Below are positions 55,221-64,000 of a DNA stretch of 64,000 nucleotides, piece by piece. The notes under the pieces are model-generated. The model was not told the DNA's origin. It was given only the letters and a program-made list of their open reading frames with translations, and ran no database searches. The stretch comes from Octopus vulgaris (taxonomy: Eukaryota). How positions within the stretch are numbered: the first letter of the stretch is position 1; every line of letters starts with the position of its first letter. The DNA is taken from NCBI GenBank assembly GCA_951406725.2, contig OX597828.1:5518001-5582000 (forward strand), written 5' to 3'. The position numbers and the translations under genes are program-made.

Positions 55221-56000
55221 TGAGGTACCCACGTACATAGACATAGGCTCCAACCATCCATCAGTAGTCATTAAACAACTAGTTAATAGCATTAGCAGAC
55301 ATGTGTTCAGTCTAACGGCCGATAAAGACAATTTTGAAAACGCTGCCTCATAATGTAATGCTGGATTAGAGAGCTCCAACATCAAGAATAGCATAATCTA
55401 CACCCTCCTCATAGCATGAATGTTGCCAAAATTATGGATCGCATTGGAATAACAAAAACGTATATCAGAATAATGTGCAGCTCCTTCTAGGAAAGATACA
55501 TGCGCATCTTGTTCTAGGAAAGATACATAGAACACATGGCGCCATTCAGAGACAAACATTTAAAATATAACATGCAACATCCCAATCCAATATAATATGG
55601 ACATTGAAAAAATAGGGATAAGTAATCCCCAGATGAAACGGAAAATACAAGTGTACTAAAAGTACAGTAAGTACAGGGTACTAAATGTGATCTCTGAAAC
55701 TAAATTTTATTCAGTCATCCTAAATATTAGGGATGAAACATTCTCTCCCTGCACACACGAGCAATATTTCAAATTTAAACAGTTCAACAAAGAACCATTC
55801 CCCACGCTGCTCACTCCGCCAGGATAGTTTCCTTCTCTGAACGTGAAAATTGAAAATATACGACATACTATCTCCACAAATTGAAGAAACATTCCTCCAT
55901 GACAAATTACCTCAGCACACAAACATGCTAACATCACATATGCCCAAGATTTAATATGATATAATGTAAGCAATTTTGCCATCCAGCATGACTGTCTTCC
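55221..56000 (+). pseudogene. Penelope-like RT thumb / linker remnant
   Basis: EVPTYIDIGSNHPSVVIKQLVNSISRHVFSLTADKDNFENAAS*CNAGLESS matches the Penelope pattern YI...SNHP..IIK.....I..R.S.LS.....F..A...Y..AL..S. Downstream part is heavily decayed. Confidence 0.75.
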
Positions 56001-56311
56001 CAGAAGTCAAATCAAGGGTAGATAACCAGTCAAAATATGACAGCCAGTGGTAGTACCATTTGATTTCATGTTTTCTTTACGAGACTTTCTGCGAATTCAC
56101 GAACACCATTCCTTCATGTCGTCAGCTTCAAAAATTATTAAGACATTAAGATATTTTTCCTAACATGAAAATTACAATAGTAGCCTTAATACCCCAATAA
56201 AGAAATTCTATGTACGAACACGGTATTGAGCGCCTATTATCGCTGTTCGCCATTTACGTGTATATATATATATATATAGCATTACATGTATACTTCGCAC
56301 ACGCATGCGCG

Positions 56312-56352
<41 letters not shown>

Positions 56353-58509
56353 ATATATATATGTTGGTCTCTTTGCGTTTCTTGTTTTATCAAGTTATAC
56401 TTACATCTTCCGATGCTACATTGGAAGATACTTCTCAGTACCGCGTACAGAGATGGAAATCGGAGCCAAATATTTACTAAGTGAAACTTTGAATATGAAA
56501 ATATTCATCTGCTTTACGTATGTATGTATGTATGTATGTATGTATGTATGTATGTATGTATGTATGTATGTATGTATGTATGTATGTATGTATGTCTGTA
56601 TGTATGTATGTACGTACGTACGTACGTACGTACGTATGTATGTATGTATGTATGTATGTATGTATGTATGTATGTATGTATGTATGTGTGTGTAGGTATG
56701 TTTGTATAATTCTATCTCTCTATTTCTCTATTCATTTTTTATCTATTCTTTTCTATTTTATTCTATTGTTGTAGGTAGCTATTGTAAATATAGAAAAATA
56801 ATTCCATGTATACTAACAAATTTTTGCTTACACTGAAAGCGAATAGACAATACGAAATGCAATACAATAATCAGTTAAACAGTTATTGGTTTCCAAACAT
56901 TAATTTGCTTATCAAATAACTTGACTTACTGATCTAACTTGCTATGCTCGAAACTATTATGGAGGATGTCACATGTTTGTTTTTCTAAACAAATTATATA
57001 AATGAAGATTTTATGGACATCGAATAAATATACACCAAGAGATAGTATATTTCTCTTTGATTTTTTCTACTCAAAATACCGAATAAATAAAACATTGCTT
57101 TGTAATAGTTTTGGAATTTGTTTAAATACAAATCACACGGATACTTTTACTCGTCATCCGATCCATCAGCTTGTCAGTAATATATGTCATGGTCCGCATT
57201 TTTGTGAGCAAAACTTTATCGATATTTATATCAATAGACTCATATATTTTCGGAATGTTTCATTCAGTATTATGCAGACATTGCAGTGTAGTCGTGGATT
57301 TCTTTTACATTATCATTTTTCTTTTTTTGAAAAGAAAAGGATATAATTGGAGGTAATCTCTTTTGAATATTCGCATTGAGCATTTTATGTGGAAGGATAA
57401 ATTCTAACTCAAGTACACATTTTCATGAATGCATTATCTATGCAGACGACGCCTAATATATCAAAGTATGCCCCTAACTATGACAAGAACATTAGACTTA
57501 CCCTGAAACATCTCAACTGACTTTCGGAAATTCATTATCAACTCCATTAGCATCATTTCCAATTTTGGAGATTTATTAACATCCGGACATTTGTATTTAT
57601 TTCTGTAGCTTCTCTTTTCAGCGAATATATCATTCTTAACTTTCAGGTTATCCTTGTTTTTTCTTTACTAACACGTTAATTTTCTATATTTACTATCGCG
57701 AACCAGTGCACGCACTAAATTTGACGGTGTTATTAGAGAAATGCAGGTAATATAATATGTAGAAAATGATTAGGTACAATCAAGTCTTAAAAGTCTATAG
57801 AGGTGCCATTAATCTTACAATTCAATATTCAAATCTGTGAATGTATTTTATCATGTAACTTGCACAGAGTATATTCAAGAGACTCAAACGATTGATTTAC
57901 TGCATAATAACTGTGAGTGATATGGCCATTCTAGAACAATAACTTTAAAATGTATACCTGCATGCAGGTTGAACCGTTATTCCCGACACATTTTGTCTTT
58001 CGTTCTCTCTCTGTTTCTTTTTTTATCTTCTCAATGCTTTCGGTCGAAGAGCGTAGGCTCCAAACGTCAATACCTTTTCCATTCTTCCCGAGCGTTGAAC
58101 TAATACACCTGCTTGTTGTTCCGTCACCTGTCTTCGTCTTAAAGACTGCTATATTTTGAAACTTTTCTTTTAATTTCACAGTAAATTACACAACATATAT
58201 TTAGAATTATTTTGGATTGACACTCCCGAAAGAACATAATAATCCTTCGAAGCGAGCTAGGATTTTCCCATCACAAGAATTACAGTGGGATTGATTCAGG
58301 CGATCGTTGATGTTTCTTACTACGTCATGTTGGGGATCCGGAACCGGAACTATGCACTTACCCGGATAACTTTTTGTCTATACGATCATCGTCACATCGT
58401 ACATATGCATGTACATATATATGTTCGGTTATTTTTTTATTCTGCTACTTCCTTCAGTCATTAGACTTCGGCCATGCTGGGGTAGAGCTTTATATATATA
58501 TGGCCCGAC

Positions 58510-58564
58510 AACTGAAGAGATGGCGGCGTGGTTCTCCGCCCCGAAATCCGAAATTCGGAGTTTT
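58510..58564 (+). ncRNA. Hammerhead-like motif related to the 15861/22632 family but with canonical CTGAAGA
   Basis: AA-CTGAAGA-GATGGCGG...CCGCC..ATCC-GAAAT-TCGGA-GTT-TT. Confidence 0.5.
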
Positions 58565-58821
58565 AGCATGGCCACTGAATAAATGTCACATAGTGTATTT
58601 ACATAATATATATATATAATATATGTATATAAGTAATACTAAATAATTAGGGTTCAGCAAAGATTTGCTTTACCGCATACCGAACTTTAGAAATAGCAGC
58701 CAAAAAACGTTAGCTATTTCTTCTACTTTAAAAAGGGACTCCCAGAAAAACCAAAATACTTGAAAGCGATCCACACAGGCAGAGAGGAAGAAGTAACGAA
58801 AATCAAACAATATCTGGTCAT

Positions 58822-58902
58822 CTATGGACGCGCGTTTCGGAATTAGGTTGGAATGAAGAATATAAAATTATACTTTACCAACCGTTTTCCTCTTCAGCAT
58901 AG
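58822..58902 (-). ncRNA. Canonical minimal hammerhead ribozyme
   Basis: CTATG-CTGAAGA-GGAA...TTCC-GAAAC-GCGC-GTC-CATAG. It lies in element 58640-59140, a diverged member of the 23450 family. Confidence 0.85.
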
Positions 58903-59169
58903 GACCCCATCAATAATTAAATATTGAAATATCAAATTCGAAGGTACTGGAATAATTGAACATATCTCTCCACCTAACGGTATCATACAGATAATATTCA
59001 GTGTTAGTACCGCCGAATTCAAAATATGGATGAGGTTCAATTACCCTTCCCTGCTCGTCCTCGTGTGTCTACAAGTAAACTACTACAGAAAAAAATTTGT
59101 AGCTTGTTATCAGGGAGAAATTACTGATAGCATTACTGATAATATATATATTTACTCATTTACTCTTTT

Positions 59170-59753
<584 letters not shown>

Positions 59754-59970
59754 TATAGGATAAAAGTTTTTCGGGAAAAAATTTTTATCAATGGCCAGCA
59801 TATCAAAAAATGCCTTTAAGGTAAAATTTATACATAATTTACAAGATAAGGGCAGAAGAAAAATTCTAATACTAAATATGCCGGAACAAATTTTTTTTTT
59901 TTGTCGATAACCATTATAATTTATGCGTCTCGAAAGAAAACGATAGAAATCTCTAAAAAATTCGTTATTA

Positions 59971-60025
59971 CCGTATTGGTTCAATTTCGGGGTTAATTCA
60001 TAAGAAATTTTCCCCTCTTCAGCGG
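59971..60025 (-). ncRNA. Canonical hammerhead ribozyme motif (AUA site)
   Basis: CCG-CTGAAGA-GGGG...CCCC-GAA-ATTG AAC CAAT-A-CGG. Confidence 0.8.
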
Positions 60026-60064
60026 CAAATACGCGAGATATAAATGAAATACTTACTCATACCC

Positions 60065-60127
60065 ATGGAAAAAGCAAGCACTAAGTCCTGAGCAGTCTGC
60101 TCAGGACTTAGTGCTTGCTTTTTCCAT
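60065..60127. repeat. Perfect 63-bp palindrome with 1-nt centre
   Basis: ATGGAAAAAGCAAGCACTAAGTCCTGAGCAG-T-CTGCTCAGGACTTAGTGCTTGCTTTTTCCAT. Confidence 0.95.
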
Positions 60128-60174
60128 TAATGATAAGGCTGAAATAAAGACCAGGTATGTAGTTGCTGCTGCTG

Positions 60175-60385
60175 TTGTTTATTCCTTCTTCAGCCATTCC
60201 TGGCTCATAAGGTCCCGTTTCCCGGTTTCACTGGCGTATAGGTTCCCTACCTGGACGGGCCGGGAAAAGAGCAAAGAGTAAGAGAAAGTTGTAGTGAAAG
60301 AATCATCAGCAGTCCGTCATTACTTTCCGCCGAAGCCAGGTTGAGCTTAGGTGTTTCGCTCACAAACACACACATCACCCACCCT
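60175..60385 (-). mobile_element. SINE family B body
   Basis: Reverse complement of 26925-27155. Confidence 0.7.
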
Positions 60386-60499
60386 GGGATTCTAATCTTT
60401 TTTGTGAATTCTCCTTATATACATATGTGTGTGTGTGTGTGCGTTTATGTGTGTGTGTGCGTTTATGTGTGTGTGTGTATCTATGTGTATTTGTATGTA

Positions 60500-60710
60500 T
60501 GTCTATGCCAGTGTCTCCATCATCGCTTTACAACCGGTGTTGGCGTGCTTACGTCCTCGTACCAGCGGTTCGAGAAAACAGACCCATAGAGTAATTACTA
60601 GGCTTTAATAGAAATAAATAATTGGGTCACTTTTTCGACTAAAACCCTTCAATGCGGTGCTCCAGCACAGCCACTGTCAGAGGGCTGAAACAAGTAAAAA
60701 GAATAAGAGA
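60500..60710 (+). mobile_element. SINE family A, 3' half
   Basis: CATCGCTT.ACAACCGGTGTTGG...GCGGTGCTCCAGCA...CTGAAACAAGTAAAA. Confidence 0.75.
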
Positions 60711-62834
60711 ATACAGAGAAATACAGTGGGAGAGAGAGAGAGTGGGAGAGACAGACAGAAAAAGAGAGAGAAGTGAGAGAGAGTCACACCACGCATATGG
60801 ATATTTAGATGTAGACTTACGGATGTCAATATATGTCACCATAGACATCACAGGCCTCTCCGAAACCACTGCGACCAATGCAATAAATGTTTCCTTTTCA
60901 GAGAAGCATTTCGATGACTGCAGTGAGATCATATAAACAAACGCCTAATTAAAGAGTTGACGTTCTGGGAGTAATCATTTATTCCGCTGCATTTGGATTT
61001 CAAAAACGGCTACTCTTTTGTTCAGTATTCTCTTATTCGAGATTAATAAACCGAGCAGATTTACACTGCTTGCGAATAAATAGCATAACAATTTTTTGTA
61101 CGTGATCTATTCTAGAAAATACTCAACCTTATGCCCTGTTAAATGTAATCAGTAGCTAAAATTGTGTTTTCAAGGAGTGAAAATAAAATGTTTTATTGTA
61201 ATGCTGCATTCAAATGATATATCAATCTCAATAAATTAAACTGAAAATTCGATATTATTTAATGAATAAATGTGTGGCGAACGACCGACAGGATTGCTAA
61301 ATCGAATCCAGGTTTCGTATAGGATTTTCCTCCCTGTAGAAACCAAATGATTTTATTATCGCAGTTAAAGACTATGGTTGGTGAATGGGAATGTATCAAC
61401 CATTGGATAGGAGATTTATATTTATTAACTTATCAATGTTTTTTTGTAAGGTTGTTGCGAATAGCTGCGGCTGGTTTATATAGGAGCCACGAACCGATGC
61501 AGCTAATGCAAATAAAGAAACACAAATTCCAGAAAATATGTGATTTCTTGTTTAACGTTATCAATGCACATTAAATCAATTAACTAGCAGTGTACATGAT
61601 CTGCTGCCACCTTTTTGCATACAATTTTGAATTCAGTTTCTTGGTTAAAGCAAAAATATTTAGTGATGTTTTTGTAATAAGTTAATCAAAGTCGAAGGGG
61701 ATATGACTATCAATTTTGCATACCACTAAGACCAGCTTGCTTGAGAAGGTTCATGCTATAGAATTAATGATCTCGGAATGTATGAATGTTACAAACTCAC
61801 ATCCAAACAGCTTTATGAAAGTTTGGTTTTGTGTCACTGTTATAAATCGATATGGAACGGATTATGCAGAAACATACCTGCCTGTGTGATTAGCTGGCGT
61901 ATATAATTGACTGAAATGGCGGTAAACAGAATATCAACGTCTGTTGAAATAATTAACTCTCAGTAAACTAAAGAACACGCTCAGCACTTATTTATTTTTT
62001 CTGTTTGTCTTTTCTTCAAATGTAAATTCATTATCAGATCATGATATATATCTCCAAATCGATAACTACACTACACTTAGTAATAACAGATAAGCAACGG
62101 ATAATGAGAGTGAATTTGTTACCAATGTATTCAGGATAATGTGCTGACTTGTTTAAATGCTAGAGTATATCAAAGAAAGTTTATTAAATGTTGATATAGC
62201 CGTTTCACCAATCCCCATACATATATTTTTTTTTCGTCATTTCATTCATGTTGTTTTGTATGATATTGGTTTGGCATTTATTTTTCTTCCGTCTAGTGAC
62301 TATGCATTGAAAAGCTTACTTGGTTGGTAAAAACAAAAAGTAAGAAAAGAAAAAAGATTCAATAATCCGATTATTGAAGCAGTTTGATTTCACTATGCAG
62401 TCAAGTATCGACATCTGAATTATCCAGCTTTCTGTAACACTGACGCATTTACTGTCCTATATAATAGATATAAATATTTGTCAATTTATCTTCGTGCCAG
62501 CAACAAGCTCTAGGCTACATATTCGTGGTCTGGAATAAAAATAGATTATAAATAAAAATATGTGGCTACTTATAACTTGTGCACCTATGCGTTTTACTAC
62601 CTTAGCACTAGTGTGATAAATCAATATTACGGACAACACTCGTGTGATAAATCAATATTAAGGAAGACATATCACAAAAACTCTGAAACGGCTCAGAAAT
62701 GGTTGAACATCACAACGTTCAATCTCGTCGTTCTGTTAGCCAAATCACTATATTTGAGCGTGTGTATGAACGTTATAAAATTTAAGTGGAACACATTTAC
62801 GCTGTCGTCACAAAAACTGTTGCTGGATGACATA

Positions 62835-62874
<40 letters not shown>

Positions 62875-63196
62875 TACAGGATGAGAGGGGCAAGAAGGAT
62901 ATACATGCATATATATGTCTATGTAAATAAGCACTCATAGGAGACAGATAACGAGATAGAGAGATAGATAGATAAACAGATAGATTGATAGATATACTGG
63001 ACTTTAGGAACCTCGATAATTGAGGGATCATCAGGACACAGCAGGCAGTATCTTCATTAGATATTCATATGGTACAATATGCACACATACTCATATTCAC
63101 ATATTTACATATAACTATGTAAACATTTAAATATATATGTATTCATATACATGAACTCTTGCAGGTATGTCGGTATGTATCTCTTGCTCTCTTGAA

Positions 63197-63287
<91 letters not shown>

Positions 63288-64000
63288 GTAGATATAGATC
63301 TATCTATATGTACGTATACGTGTGTGTTTGTGTGCACATATGTACGTATATATTTGTATATTTGCGTGCATATATTAAATTTTAAATGATTGCCGATGAA
63401 GAGAAATAGGCGAACATATGTGGTACGCTAAATTGTTTTTGCGTTATGTTTGTGGAATTTAGAAGGCTGAAACCGAAGGAGATGATATTTTAGACCGTAT
63501 ATTAATTACACAATATGAAATTATACCGGCGTTCTCTTGTATCTCTAGTTGCAGGACTCTGACACCAATGAAAATATGAATATGGACTTAAATACCGATA
63601 TTCGTAACGATATATATCGTATACAAAATAGCTGTAGTTGATTAACAATTCGAGTAATGTACACTTTAAATTCTAACAAATAATATTTACATTGGTTCTG
63701 AATCGACAAAAATGCAATAATGAAAGCAAAGCGATTATTTTTGACTTCGATATATTTTAGTATGTACTGGTCCTAAACATGTAACAGCTTGTGTAACAAA
63801 ATGAGAATCAATAAAATTTGCGCATTTGTTGAGTAAAAATTTAATCTATCCAGTCGTGTTTTCACCTTCATATCGATTCCTGAATGAACTTGAATTCTCT
63901 GACTTCAGCAATGAAAATAATGGATGGCGCAGAATTAATTTTGCTCTATGAAATATTTTCCTTTTGCAATTCTGTATATTTCAAAGCATTTCCATTGAAT

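Overview
AT-rich, microsatellite-dense animal genomic DNA. The SINE types and the (TA)n/(CA)n load suggest an octopus or other cephalopod (inference). I find no intact host protein-coding gene, and nearly all listed ORFs are translated microsatellites. The window is a nested collection of decayed transposons: an R4/Dong-like RLE LINE 3' end, an RTE-like LINE 3' end, several mariner and Tc1 remnants, an unclassified DDE transposase relic, Helitron relics and three tRNA-derived SINE families. The most striking signal is about 20 minimal hammerhead-ribozyme motifs (CUGANGA...GAAAC-palindrome-GUH), read by eye, in at least 8 sequence-unrelated short elements sitting in (TA)n tracts. Some are attached to decayed Penelope RT or GIY-YIG sequence. 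These elements repeatedly show long fold-back palindromes, tandem monomers of about 500-550 bp, and near-identical copies of nearby genomic DNA placed between the element and a (TA)n tract. This points to a Penelope-driven, (TA)n-targeting retrozyme-like system with frequent self-priming and local template jumping. Coordinates were counted by hand and may be off by a few bases.
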